Shown: positions 17,937 to 31,129, counted from the stretch's first letter. The stretch: DNA of 56,965 nucleotides from a bacterium (GCA_037444025.1 JBBINE010000005.1:22590-79554); one strand, 5' to 3'. Program-made: numbers and translations. The notes: generated by a model not told the origin, from the sequence alone.

Positions 17937-18010
17937 CGGGGCATAGCGCAATTGGCTAGCGCACCAGCATGGGGTGCTGGAGGTTGTGGGTTCGAGTCCC
18001 ACTGCCCCGA
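17937..18010 (+). tRNA. tRNA-Pro (anticodon GGG)
   Basis: CGGGGCA TA GCGC AATTGGCTA GCGC A CCAGC ATGGGGT GCTGG AGGTT GTGGG TTCGAGT CCCAC TGCCCCG A. Confidence 0.9.
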
Positions 18011-18030
18011 TTTATTGTCTTTTTATTCAA

Positions 18031-19275
18031 ATGAAATTTTTTTCTGATTTACATCTTCATTCCAAATACTCCCGAGCTTGTTCTAGGAATTTAGATTTGG
18101 AGAATTTAATTTACTTTGCTAAGCTAAAAGGAATAAATTTGCTTGCTACAGGTGACATTACTCATCCTTTATGGTTTAAAGAGATTTTTTCTAAGCTAGA
18201 AGAAGCTGACGAAGGTATTTATAAATTAAAAAAGTCAAACGAGCAAATTTTTTTTGTTTTAGGGGGTGAAATTAGTTCTATTTTTTCAAGAAATAACAAG
18301 GTTTATCGTATTCATTATATTGTTATTTTGCCAAATTTTAATTTGGTTGAAAAACTAAATAAAAAACTTGCTCTTTATTCTAATTTAGCTAGTGACGGAA
18401 GACCAAATATTGGTTTAGATGTGATTGATTTTATGAAAATTCTTTTTGACATTTATGATAAAGCTATTTTTATTCCTGCTCATATCTGGACTCCTTGGTA
18501 CTCTCTTTACGGTTCCATGTCCGGGTTTAATTCTATTTTTGATGCTTTTGCTAATTTTACTAAATATGTTACTGCAGTAGAAACAGGGCTTTCTAGTGAT
18601 CCCAATATGAACTGGCGTCTTTCTGAATTGGATAATTTTAGCATTGTTTCTTTTTCAGATGCACATTCTCCTTCTCCTCATCGTTTAGGAAGAGAGATAA
18701 CTGTCTTTGAATTAGACCAACTTTCTTATGATAATCTTTATCGAGCAATGAAAAAACCTGATGACCAAAATAAAATAGCCTTAACAGTAGAATTTTTTCC
18801 TGAAGAGGGAAAATATCATTATGATGGTCATCGTTTATGTAATATTCGTTTTTCTCCATCAGAATCTAAACAGAATAATTATCTTTGTCCTGAATGTAAG
18901 AGAAAATTAACTATCGGAGTAATGAGTAGGGTTGAAGAGTTAGCAGATAGACCCGATAATTTTTTAGATCCCAAAAGACCTCAGTTTATTAAAACAACTC
19001 CTTTACTTGAAATAATTGCCCAAATCGTTAATGCTAATGTTGGTTCCAAAAAAGTTTTCGATCTTTATTGCAAAGTAATTGAAGAAATAGGGACAGAAAT
19101 CAATATTCTACTTGGTTACCATGATGAAGAAAAAATGAAAAATAAATATCCAGAAATTAACTTAGCCCTTAGCAAAATAAAAAAAGGCGATATCATTCTT
19201 GAAGCGGGATACGACGGTGTTTATGGTAAAGTAATTATTAACACTAATTTGGCGAGTAAAAAGACATTATTTTAA
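18031..19275 (+). CDS. PHP-domain endonuclease, EndoQ-like
   Basis: FSDLHLHSKYSRA, PAHIWTPW, ETGLSSDP, FSDAHSP, EEGKYHYDGHRLC, the zinc ribbon CPECKRKLTIGVMSRVEELAD, and GYDGVYG. The start is set at ATG 18031, because the track ORF start at 17974 lies inside tRNA-Pro. Confidence 0.65.
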   Translation: MKFFSDLHLHSKYSRACSRNLDLENLIYFAKLKGINLLATGDITHPLWFKEIFSKLEEADEGIYKLKKSNEQIFFVLGGEISSIFSRNNKVYRIHYIVILPNFNLVEKLNKKLALYSNLASDGRPNIGLDVIDFMKILFDIYDKAIFIPAHIWTPWYSLYGSMSGFNSIFDAFANFTKYVTAVETGLSSDPNMNWRLSELDNFSIVSFSDAHSPSPHRLGREITVFELDQLSYDNLYRAMKKPDDQNKIALTVEFFPEEGKYHYDGHRLCNIRFSPSESKQNNYLCPECKRKLTIGVMSRVEELADRPDNFLDPKRPQFIKTTPLLEIIAQIVNANVGSKKVFDLYCKVIEEIGTEINILLGYHDEEKMKNKYPEINLALSKIKKGDIILEAGYDGVYGKVIINTNLASKKTLF

Positions 19276-19276
19276 A

Positions 19277-19615
19277 ATGAACCTTTTAAAAATTTTGCTT
19301 TGGAATAATATTAAAGATTTCATTATTTTTTATTTTATACTTTTTCCCCAGGTAATTCTTCGTAATTATTTCGATCTTGTTTATTCTTTTCTTCTAATTT
19401 CTAAATTAAAAATTTACTTAAAAAGCTTAACTGAATTACCATCGCAAAAACACGATATTTTTATTTATTTACTTTCTTTTCCCTATAAAATTTTGTTTCT
19501 TTTTTTATATTTTCTTCTTTTAATATTTCTTTTTTTACCCTATTTTTTTCTTATTTCGATATGGTTTGGTTATAATTTAGTGATGTCGTTATTTTTTTGG
19601 AGGGGTGAACAATGA
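19277..19615 (+). CDS. small polytopic membrane protein, unknown
   Basis: 112 aa, very hydrophobic, ATGA-coupled to the downstream Clp-like gene. Confidence 0.5.
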   Translation: MNLLKILLWNNIKDFIIFYFILFPQVILRNYFDLVYSFLLISKLKIYLKSLTELPSQKHDIFIYLLSFPYKILFLFLYFLLLIFLFLPYFFLISIWFGYNLVMSLFFWRGEQ

Positions 19616-22119
19616 ATTTAGTTTTTGAAAACGATCTTTTAAATTTAAATCCTTACGGAAGAAGATTTTTTTTAATCCTTCAAGAGGTTGTTTATTTTTT
19701 AATTTTAGGATCCTCTTTTGTTTTTACTGGTTCATCGAGTGAAAAATTAAAATATTTAGGTTTTTTAATAATATTTTTCTTTTTAGGTGATTTTTTGAGA
19801 AAAAGATTTTTCTTCTCTGATGATTTAAGAGCCTTTTTAGATGTCGATAAGGAGAAAATCAATATAGAGAAATATCTAAACCCAAAAGTTAGAGATTTTT
19901 TAATCGATACTATTACTGATGGGGAAATTTTAAATTTCTATCATCCACAAGTTTTTCTCTTAAAAAGACTTTTAAGAGAAAAAGCAATTAAAAATCTCTT
20001 AAAAGAATTAAACATTGATTATCAAGTTTTTTCTCAGGAAACTCTCTTTCACCAAAAGAGTAGAATAGAGACTATTAGAGATAAAAATTTTTTTTTAAAT
20101 GCTTATCTTCCTATTTTAAAAGAAGCTTTTAATTTAGGTAAGCTCTTAAGCTATCCCTATATCAACTTTTTATTTCTTTTTTATGGCTTAAGGATAAAAG
20201 CCGAACCTAACCTCGAAGCTTTATTTGAAAAATATGATTTAAAGAAAGAATACATTCTAAGTGCTGTAGTATTAAATATTTTTTCTAAAAAATTGTCACA
20301 TAATTCTAAAGATTTTAACGTGATTTTTACATCAATTAAAAAGCCTAATAAAAAAAGACTTTTACCCGGATTTATTTTTAATAAAGTAGAAAAAACTTTT
20401 GCTCATTATGTTCAAGATTTTACATTTTTAAGTCATAAAAAAAACATAGGTTTTTTGGTAGGTCATCGACAAGAAGTTGAAAATATTTTTTTAAATCTAA
20501 GAAAAAAAAGAAATTTTTTTCTTATAGGAAATGAAAACCTGGAAAGAGATGCTATAATGTGGCATATTTCTTGGTTAATTCAAAATGAGTTAAGTCCTAA
20601 AGAGCTTTTTGATTTTAGATTAATTAAAATTGATCTAAATTTAATTTATACAAAGGAGAGAGACAAATTTTCTCAAGTATTTTCTCGGTTAATCGAGGAT
20701 ATTTTTGATCTTGACAAAATTATTTTATATCTTTCTGCCTCTGATAAAAATGTAGTAAATCAAGGACTATCAATCCTTGCTTCCTTTTTAGAAAAGAAAA
20801 AAAACAACAAAAGTATTATATTGGTTTTTTCTTTAGATTTTCAGGATTACAAGAATATTCTTTCTTCCTTTGACCATTTTTTCGACAAAATTTATGTTAA
20901 AAGTCTTTCTTTTGACGACTTTGTTATTTCTTTAAGCCTTAAATCAATTTTTTGGACCCAGAGTAAAAAAATCAATCTTACTCCCCAAAGTATAGTAGAT
21001 TCAATTTTTTTTTCTCAAGATATTTTAGGTGATATGAGTTTGGCTGAAAAAGTAATAGTTAAGGCAATAGAAACAACTAAAAAAGTTAACGGTCAATACT
21101 TAACCACTGAAATGATTAGAGAGATAGTTAATGAATGTTTAAGTGATAGTATTAGAGAAAAAATAAACAAAGAAAAAGAAAAAATTTTTAACCTTGAAAA
21201 TCTTCTTCGACAAAGGATAGTTAATCAAGAATATGCTCTTAAAAAAATTTCTGACTATTTTGCTAGAATTTTTCAAAATCAAGATTTTCAAAGGGAAAAA
21301 CCATTGGGAATTTTTTTATTTTTAGGACCAAAAGGAGTAGGTAAAACGGAAACGGCTAAAACTCTGACTAAGATTTTTTATGGAAAGGAACAGGAAATGA
21401 TTTCTCTAAATATGGGAAATTTACAAAAAAAGAAAACAACAAACTTACGGTCACTATATTTTAGAAACTTTATTGTAGTGGAAGAAATAATTGAAGCAGT
21501 AAAACAAAAACCCCGTAGTCTTATTCTTTTAAAAGACTTTGAAAAAACAAATCCTATATTTTGGAATTTTTTTTCACAAATTTTTAGCAAAGGGTTTATT
21601 GAAGATTCTCTAGGTCAGAAAATTGATTTTAAAGATAACTTGATTATCTGTACTTCAAGTATTTTTGAAGAATGGATCAAAGAAAAAATGAATCAAAAAA
21701 TAGAATTTGATATAATAGTAGAAGATTTAAAAAAGAAACTTATTGATGTTTTTTCCCAGGATTTACTTAGTCAGTTTGATGAAGTGGTTGTTTATCGTGC
21801 TTTGAAAGAAGAAGAATTGCTGAAAATAACCGAAATGACTATTGATGATTTTAAAAATGATTTTTTGCTAAAATACGGTCTAATTTTAGAGATAGAAGAG
21901 CAAGTGATAAAATCAATTTTCTTAAAAAATTATGATCTGAGCCCAGACAGCGTTTGGTTAAAAGAAAAATTAAATTCAACCATAAAGAGTAAGATTAAAA
22001 ATTTAATTTCTTCAGGTTTAGTTAAAAGAGGTCAAAAAATAAAAATTTATTGTGAAAACAATTATGATCAAATCGAGGTAAAAATTGAAGAATCTAATTT
22101 TAAAAGCTATGAAAATTAG
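19612..22119 (+). CDS. ClpA/ClpB-like double-AAA+ protein with N-terminal TM helices and degenerate nucleotide sites
   Basis: The D2 domain aligns to Clp: IVNQEYALKKISD, LFLGPKGVGKTETAKTL, LILLKDFEKTNPIFWNFFSQIF. The D1 position reads LIGNENLERDAIMW instead of LIGEPGVGKTAIVE. Confidence 0.7.
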   Translation: MNLVFENDLLNLNPYGRRFFLILQEVVYFLILGSSFVFTGSSSEKLKYLGFLIIFFFLGDFLRKRFFFSDDLRAFLDVDKEKINIEKYLNPKVRDFLIDTITDGEILNFYHPQVFLLKRLLREKAIKNLLKELNIDYQVFSQETLFHQKSRIETIRDKNFFLNAYLPILKEAFNLGKLLSYPYINFLFLFYGLRIKAEPNLEALFEKYDLKKEYILSAVVLNIFSKKLSHNSKDFNVIFTSIKKPNKKRLLPGFIFNKVEKTFAHYVQDFTFLSHKKNIGFLVGHRQEVENIFLNLRKKRNFFLIGNENLERDAIMWHISWLIQNELSPKELFDFRLIKIDLNLIYTKERDKFSQVFSRLIEDIFDLDKIILYLSASDKNVVNQGLSILASFLEKKKNNKSIILVFSLDFQDYKNILSSFDHFFDKIYVKSLSFDDFVISLSLKSIFWTQSKKINLTPQSIVDSIFFSQDILGDMSLAEKVIVKAIETTKKVNGQYLTTEMIREIVNECLSDSIREKINKEKEKIFNLENLLRQRIVNQEYALKKISDYFARIFQNQDFQREKPLGIFLFLGPKGVGKTETAKTLTKIFYGKEQEMISLNMGNLQKKKTTNLRSLYFRNFIVVEEIIEAVKQKPRSLILLKDFEKTNPIFWNFFSQIFSKGFIEDSLGQKIDFKDNLIICTSSIFEEWIKEKMNQKIEFDIIVEDLKKKLIDVFSQDLLSQFDEVVVYRALKEEELLKITEMTIDDFKNDFLLKYGLILEIEEQVIKSIFLKNYDLSPDSVWLKEKLNSTIKSKIKNLISSGLVKRGQKIKIYCENNYDQIEVKIEESNFKSYEN

Positions 22120-22999
22120 ATTATTTTTTCTATTTTTATTTTTAGCCTTATTTTTAGTAATTGTTCTTTTTACTGTTTATGGCTCTACAGAGATGTTGTT
22201 TTTCTCAAGTATGAAATTGTTAACTTCCGATTTAAATTTATTACTGTTAGGTAAACCAGGCCCTGGTTATATTGCACCAGAAAATACCGACTCTATCATG
22301 GTAGTTCATTATAGTCACTCTAAAAATAAACTTTTTATTATTCCTGTACCTCGAGATTTAATAGTTAGAAACGAAGAAGGAAGCCTGGAAAAAATAAATG
22401 CCTTTTACGAAAAGAAAAAAATTGATTTTTTATTAGAAAAAGTGTCTAACTACACTGGTTTTAAAGTAAAAAATTATTTAGTTTTCGATTTAACCTTGGT
22501 GAAAAATTTGATTGATTTTTTAGGTGGTGTTGACATAGTACTTAAAGAACCAGTTGTTGATCCTGTTAGTTTTTATACTCTTTCCTCAGGTAAGCACCAC
22601 CTGGATAGCTATCTTATGGAATTGGTTTTAAGATCAAGATATAACAGCAGGGGTGATTTTTTTAGATTAGAAAATCAAATAGAAACTATTAAGGACATAA
22701 AAGATAAAATGGTTAATTTAGATAGCGAAGGAAAAATAAAATTGTTTAGATTATTTGAACAAAATTCTTCTCATTGGGAATCAAATCTCAAAAAAGAAAA
22801 TTTGGTTAAAATATTTTTACAAATTAGAAATATTAAAAACTTAGAAATAGTTCCTCTGGTTATAGATCTTAACTCAGGATTACTGCAATCAGGTAATTTT
22901 CAGGTTTATAACACAAATAATGTTTTTGGTATTTATCCGAAATTAGGGGTCGATAATTACGAAGATATAAAAAATTATATTCAATCTAGAGCCAAATGA
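22085..22999 (+). CDS. LytR-CpsA-Psr (LCP) family cell-envelope phosphotransferase
   Basis: TM anchor followed by NTDSIMVVHYSHSKNKLFIIPVPRDLIV and RSRY. An alternative start is MKIRLFF at 22109. Confidence 0.75.
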   Translation: MKNLILKAMKIRLFFLFLFLALFLVIVLFTVYGSTEMLFFSSMKLLTSDLNLLLLGKPGPGYIAPENTDSIMVVHYSHSKNKLFIIPVPRDLIVRNEEGSLEKINAFYEKKKIDFLLEKVSNYTGFKVKNYLVFDLTLVKNLIDFLGGVDIVLKEPVVDPVSFYTLSSGKHHLDSYLMELVLRSRYNSRGDFFRLENQIETIKDIKDKMVNLDSEGKIKLFRLFEQNSSHWESNLKKENLVKIFLQIRNIKNLEIVPLVIDLNSGLLQSGNFQVYNTNNVFGIYPKLGVDNYEDIKNYIQSRAK

Positions 23000-24384
23000 A
23001 AAAGATTTTGTTTGTGATAAAAAAATTTTTGCCACGTTCGGTTATAAATTTTTATCATTATCTGGTATCTTTGTTTTTTGCTTTATGGTATGGAAATCCT
23101 AGTAAGAAAATTGTGGTTATAGGTATTACGGGAACTAAAGGAAAAACTACTTCTGCTTGCTTAGCCCATTTTCTATTTCAAAAGCTTGGCTTTAAAACAG
23201 CTCTTTCTTCTTCTGATTTTTTTTATTATGGAGAAGAAAAAGAAGAAAACAAAACGAGGATAACAATGCCAGGTCGTGGATATCTACAAAAATTTTTAAA
23301 AGAAGCAGTTATTAGAAACTGCGAACTAGCTATTATAGAATGTACTTCCGAGGGTTTATGGCAAAACAGACATGCTTTTATTGATTTTGATATAGCCGTT
23401 TTTTTAGGTATTCATCCAGAGCATATTGAACATCATGGCGGTTATGAAAATTATCGTAATTCTAAGGGTAAACTTTTTAAATCAATTGATAAATCATTTT
23501 TTAAGAAGAGAAAAGGAAGAAATATAAAATATCTTCGAGGCGTGGAGGTTAAAAAAACTATTATAGTTAATACTGACGATTTTGAAGCTGATTATTTTCT
23601 CAATTTTCATGCTGAACAAAAAATAACCTATTCTTTAGAAAGTAATACGGATGATCTCAAAAATCATTTAAAACCAACTTCTTTTAAAGCAACTTCCAAA
23701 GGAGTGGATTTTGTTATAGAGGGAAAAAAATTTTCTGCTTCTCTTTTAGGCAAAGTTAATCTTTATAATATTTTGGCAGTTTTTTCTCTTTTTAAAGCTT
23801 TAGGGATATCATTAAATTCTTTGGCGGAACCACTAAAAGACTTTAAAAGTTTACCGGGAAGAATGGATGTTATACCTGCTAAGGGTTTTAAAGTAATTAT
23901 TGATTATGCTCATACTCCCATATCTATTGAAGAATTATACCAAACAATTATTTCTCTTTTTAAACCTCAGCGTTTACTTTGCCTGATAGGCTCTGCTGGT
24001 GGAGTCAGGGATAAATGGAAAAGACCAGTTATCGGAGAAATAAGCGCCAAATATTGTAACTATATAGTGATTTCTAATGAAGACCCTATGGGCGAAGATC
24101 CTGTGAATATTATAAGAGCTATAGAAATGGGGGCTAAAAAATATTTAGGAGAATTTGGCGTAGAAAAACCAATAGAGATGATTCCCGATAGAAAGGAAGC
24201 TATTTTTCGTTTAGTTGAAATTGCTCAGAAAGGAGATGTAATTGTTTCTATTGGTAAAGGTAGTGAAAATTCAATAGATTTTGGTGAGGAAAAAATATCC
24301 TGGAATGAAAAAGAAACATTTTTAAAAGCATTAAAAGAATATAAAAAAAATTACGGAAGAATTTCAACTAAAACATCTGAATGA
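22996..24384 (+). CDS. murE: Mur ligase, MurE-like
   Basis: VIGITGTKGKTTS, a Mur ligase middle domain, IIDYAHTP, and SNEDPMGEDP at the position of the MurE DNPR region. Confidence 0.75.
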   Translation: MKKILFVIKKFLPRSVINFYHYLVSLFFALWYGNPSKKIVVIGITGTKGKTTSACLAHFLFQKLGFKTALSSSDFFYYGEEKEENKTRITMPGRGYLQKFLKEAVIRNCELAIIECTSEGLWQNRHAFIDFDIAVFLGIHPEHIEHHGGYENYRNSKGKLFKSIDKSFFKKRKGRNIKYLRGVEVKKTIIVNTDDFEADYFLNFHAEQKITYSLESNTDDLKNHLKPTSFKATSKGVDFVIEGKKFSASLLGKVNLYNILAVFSLFKALGISLNSLAEPLKDFKSLPGRMDVIPAKGFKVIIDYAHTPISIEELYQTIISLFKPQRLLCLIGSAGGVRDKWKRPVIGEISAKYCNYIVISNEDPMGEDPVNIIRAIEMGAKKYLGEFGVEKPIEMIPDRKEAIFRLVEIAQKGDVIVSIGKGSENSIDFGEEKISWNEKETFLKALKEYKKNYGRISTKTSE

Positions 24385-24782
24385 ATACCAAATTCTTTAG
24401 CTTCTAATTTAGAAGGAAACCAGATATCTATATTTTCATTAAAGCGAGGATTCATTTTATCTTCAACTACAAAAATTTGATCTCCAAAAAGAGATGGTAT
24501 TTTTATTTTGGTTTCAAAGGGTAAAACATTAGAAGCAGCGATTCCCCATCTAGGAACAGAATTGTAAGCAGTTGTCCAAGGAGTATCATCAGTTTCATCA
24601 GGACTTGAAGAATAGCCGGTTATAGTAAAAACTCTTATTTCTTTTCCTTTTTGGCTATTTAAGAATGAGTTTTTTTCATCAATTACTACAGTTTCCGCTA
24701 TCGTTGGAGAAAAAACATAGTTGAAAATTGTCAATGACAACAAGAAGATAAAGGCTAAAGTTTTTATCGAATCACTTGACAT
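24351..24782 (-). CDS. secreted 3D-domain (DPBB fold) protein
   Basis: Signal/TM segment, then FTITGYSSSPDETDDTPWTTAY, GIAASNVLPFETKIKIP, and VVEDKMNPRF..IDIWF. Confidence 0.65.
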   Translation of the reverse strand: MSSDSIKTLAFIFLLSLTIFNYVFSPTIAETVVIDEKNSFLNSQKGKEIRVFTITGYSSSPDETDDTPWTTAYNSVPRWGIAASNVLPFETKIKIPSLFGDQIFVVEDKMNPRFNENIDIWFPSKLEAKEFGIHSDVLVEILP

Positions 24783-25012
24783 TTTTCTTTTCCGTTTATT
24801 AAATTTTCTACAATTTAAAAAATCCCTTTATTCAAGGGATTTTCGAAATTTTAATTTTTATTTTAGTTTATACTTTAATTATAAATGATTTCTAATAATT
24901 TTGCAACTGAGAAATTAACATCTTAAATTTTGATTTTTTTAAAAAAATATTTTAAAATATTTAATAATAAACCAAGGAGGTCGTTAATTAAAAATAATTA
25001 AATTAAATTTAA

Positions 25013-25723
25013 ATGCCTGGTTATTCCACTTATCCTATACCCTTAGATTCTAATACCGCTGCTAGCGTCTTGGTTAATAATTTTGTTAACTTATATACTC
25101 TTCTCTACAAAGCTTTTATTAATTTCTTAGTAGCTTTGGTTATATTTTTGGTAGGTTGGGTGGTAGCCCTATTTATTAAATTTGTTATTGATAAAATATT
25201 AAGCGGATTTTCTTTAAAATCTAGTTTGGAAAAATTAGGACTTTCAAGATATTTTGAAAATTTTAGCTGGGAAGATGGTTTTCATAAAGTAGTTTCTGAA
25301 GTTGTTTTCTGGCTTATCTTTTCTGTTTTCCTGGTAACAGTTTTTGATGTTTTGGGTCTTAAAGCTGCTAGTCAATTTGTTATGAACGCATTAAGTTATG
25401 TTCCCTTAGCTGTTAGTGGAGCTTTAATTCTTTTGGTCGGTGTTATTTTAGGAGAAATTGCCCGTAAATTACTTTTAGGAGTTTTAAGAGGTTTAGAAAA
25501 AAGAAATGCTCATTTTGTTGCTGCTTTGGTTAAATGGGCGATTGTCGTTTTTGCTCTCTTAGCTGCTTTAAATCAGTGGAATATTGCTCCTGAGTTTGTT
25601 AATATTTTAACCATAGGTTTCTTTATATTTTTAGCTTTAGCTGGTGGTCTTTCTTTTGGACTTGGTGGCCAAGAATTAGCTAGGGATATCTTAGAGAACA
25701 TGAGGAGAGACTTAGGTAAATAA
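25013..25723 (+). CDS. membrane protein with conserved TM-helix repeats (MscS-N-terminal-like)
   Basis: 236 aa. Repeated helix units match the pattern of the conserved-TM-helix family: ALVIFLVGWVVALFI, ALILLVGVILGEIARKLL, VKWAIVVFALLAALNQW, FLALAGGLSFGLGGQELARDIL. Confidence 0.5.
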   Translation: MPGYSTYPIPLDSNTAASVLVNNFVNLYTLLYKAFINFLVALVIFLVGWVVALFIKFVIDKILSGFSLKSSLEKLGLSRYFENFSWEDGFHKVVSEVVFWLIFSVFLVTVFDVLGLKAASQFVMNALSYVPLAVSGALILLVGVILGEIARKLLLGVLRGLEKRNAHFVAALVKWAIVVFALLAALNQWNIAPEFVNILTIGFFIFLALAGGLSFGLGGQELARDILENMRRDLGK

Positions 25724-25744
25724 AACCAGATTTAACTTTTACTA

Positions 25745-25772
25745 TTGACAAAAATTAAAAAGAATGTATAAT
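25745..25772 (+). promoter_or_regulatory. sigma70-type promoter upstream of the 23S-5S operon
   Basis: TTGACA (25745-50), a 16-nt spacer ending in TG, then TATAAT (25767-72). Confidence 0.6.
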
Positions 25773-25983
25773 ATTTATTAAGTTAAGAATGATGCTAAGT
25801 TGAATTTAAAAGAGATAAGTTAAACTATCTTAATCTCGTCTTTATTATATAAAATCTAAAGTTCTAAGTTTAATTTTCATTTTTGAAAATGTTGTTTTGC
25901 TGTATTTAAAGCTTTCTAAAATTTTTTAAATAAAGATAGGAAATGATGAGTGAATTGATCTAATAACTCTGTCAGATGCTTTT

Positions 25984-29110
<3,127 letters not shown>

Positions 29111-29197
29111 AAAGTATCTTGGCAGAGCTATTAGATCAATTGTAGAGATTAATTTTTAAAAAGGCAAAATATTTTAAAAGCTTTAAAAATAATTTAT

Positions 29198-29313
29198 CCC
29201 CCTGTGGTCGCATGTTCTTGCTGGAACCACCTCTTTCCATTCCGAACAGATAGGTGAAACGGCAAGAAGCCGATGGTAGTGCTTTTGAGCGCAAGAGTAG
29301 GTACCGCAGGGGG
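29198..29313 (+). rRNA. rrf: 5S ribosomal RNA
   Basis: Terminal helix CCCCCTGTGG...CCGCAGGGGG, plus CCATTCCGAACAG and GTAGTG. 116 nt, 87 nt after the 23S. Confidence 0.92.
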
Positions 29314-29360
29314 TTTTAAAATCTAAGAATATTTATCTAGAACTGGTATAATTAAACTTA

Positions 29361-30065
29361 ATGACCAGAAGACAAAGAAAAAAAATAATATTTTTCTCTC
29401 TTTTCCTTTTTATTGTGATATTAATCCCATCATCATTTTATTTATTTCATTTATTAAAAAATATTTTTCAGACAGAAGATAACTTACCCGAATTTTTACC
29501 TATTGTTGTTTATCCAGTTGAAGTAGTGAAATACGATTCTTATATAGATCTTTTGGGATTGGTTGAAAATCCAAACCCTGATTTATCTCTTAAGAGAATA
29601 GAATATCAATTTCTATTTTTTGATAAAAAAAACAATCTTCGTTTCAAAAGCCAGGTAAAAAATACTTTTATTCCTAATTTAAGTAAAAGGTATTTAGTTG
29701 AAACAAATTTTTCCAAGCCAGAATTCGATATAGGTAAAGTGGAGTTATATGTTAATTATGATCCTAAAGATTTCTACAAAAAAAGTTTTGATAATATTCC
29801 TTTTAGTTACTACAATATTGATCCTTCTGGTTATAGAAAAAACAATAGTATTACTTTGGATGTTTTTAATAGTTCTTATGCTGAATATAAAGATATTGAA
29901 TTGATCTTAATCCTTTTTAAGGATGATGAAATTATTTCTGTGGGGAGAACTGTTTTTTCTATCCAGGGACAAGAAAGCAAAACTGTTTTTGTATTTTTCC
30001 CTCCAAATTTACCTTCTTTTAATGGTTATCAGATTTATTTTCAGAGAAACGTAGAAGAACTATGA
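29361..30065 (+). CDS. membrane-anchored hypothetical protein
   Basis: 234 aa with an N-terminal basic stretch plus TM helix. It is ATGA-coupled to trpS. No recognisable motif. Confidence 0.5.
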   Translation: MTRRQRKKIIFFSLFLFIVILIPSSFYLFHLLKNIFQTEDNLPEFLPIVVYPVEVVKYDSYIDLLGLVENPNPDLSLKRIEYQFLFFDKKNNLRFKSQVKNTFIPNLSKRYLVETNFSKPEFDIGKVELYVNYDPKDFYKKSFDNIPFSYYNIDPSGYRKNNSITLDVFNSSYAEYKDIELILILFKDDEIISVGRTVFSIQGQESKTVFVFFPPNLPSFNGYQIYFQRNVEEL

Positions 30066-31036
30066 AAAGAATCTTAACAGGTATAAAACCAACAGGTAAA
30101 ATTCATTTAGGTAACTATTTAGGTTTTATAAAAGATCTTCTTATTTTTCAAAAGAGATACGAAGTTTTTTTAATGATTGCTGATTTGCATGCCCAGACAA
30201 TTCCTTATCAGCCCAAAGAATTAAAAAATAATGTTATTGAGTTAACTAAATCTTTGCTTGCTTTAGGAGTTGATCCACGTCAAAGCATTATTTTTAAACA
30301 ATCTGATATTTCTGCTCACTTATATCTTTGTTGGTTTTTGAGTTGTTTATCTTATATAGGAGAATTGGAAAGAATGCATGAATTTAAGGAACAAAAAGAA
30401 AGATTTAAAAAAATAGGCGTAGGGGCTGGTATTTTACTTTACCCGGTTCTTCAAGCGGCTGATATCTTGATTTATAATGCTGATCTAGTTCCTGTAGGCA
30501 AAGATCAGATTCAGCATCTTGAATTAGCTAGAGAATTAGCTCGAAGATTTAATCAAAGATTTGGAAAAACCTTTAAGATACCCGAAGCCTATTTTAATCC
30601 TGAAACAGAAAAAATAATGAGTTTAGATGATCCAAGTAAGAAAATGTCTAAATCTTTACCTGAAGGTTGTCTTGAAATTTTTGCTTCAGCGAAAGAGATA
30701 AAAGATAAAATATTTAGATCTGTCACAGATTCAGAAAAAATTATCAAATATGATCCTCTTAAAAAACCTGGTATAAGTAATCTTATTATTATTTATAAAC
30801 ATTTAACTAATAAGTCTATTGATGAAATAGAAAATGAATTTCGGGGATTGATGTATAATGATCTTAAAGAAAAAATTTATCTTAAGTTTATTCAATATTT
30901 TTCTTCAGCGCAGAGTAGATATCAACAAATAAAAGAGAAGGATGTTATTACCATTTTGGAGCAGGGGAAAAAGAAAGCAGAAAAAGTTGCTCAAGACAAC
31001 CTTGCTAAAATTTTTAAACTAGTTGGCTTAAAATAA
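30062..31036 (+). CDS. trpS: tryptophan--tRNA ligase
   Basis: TGIKPTGKIHLGNYLG, VGKDQIQHLELARELARRFN, KMSKS. 324 aa. Confidence 0.92.
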   Translation: MKRILTGIKPTGKIHLGNYLGFIKDLLIFQKRYEVFLMIADLHAQTIPYQPKELKNNVIELTKSLLALGVDPRQSIIFKQSDISAHLYLCWFLSCLSYIGELERMHEFKEQKERFKKIGVGAGILLYPVLQAADILIYNADLVPVGKDQIQHLELARELARRFNQRFGKTFKIPEAYFNPETEKIMSLDDPSKKMSKSLPEGCLEIFASAKEIKDKIFRSVTDSEKIIKYDPLKKPGISNLIIIYKHLTNKSIDEIENEFRGLMYNDLKEKIYLKFIQYFSSAQSRYQQIKEKDVITILEQGKKKAEKVAQDNLAKIFKLVGLK

Positions 31037-31037
31037 A

Positions 31038-31066
31038 TTGACAAAAATTAAAAAATAAATTATAAT
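31038..31066 (+). promoter_or_regulatory. consensus sigma70-type promoter for rplJ-rplL
   Basis: TTGACA (31038-43), a 17-nt spacer, then TATAAT (31061-66). It is followed by a leader of about 60 nt containing the hairpin GAGG-tcgttaaaaat-CCTC. Confidence 0.65.
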
Positions 31067-31129
31067 TAATTCAAGATTTTTAATTTTTAGCCGAAGAAAA
31101 GAGGTCGTTAAAAATCCTCTCGAGGCAAA

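Noticed and set aside
17974-18030. N-terminal extension of the PHP/EndoQ ORF (MLEVVGSSPTAPI...), and likewise 50498..50560 for the Wzy-like ORF (MVERLPSKEKVAGSNPVRRS).
   Set aside because: These codons are translations of tRNA-Pro and tRNA-Gly. In-frame ATGs at 18031 and 50561, just after the tRNAs, give sensible N-termini.
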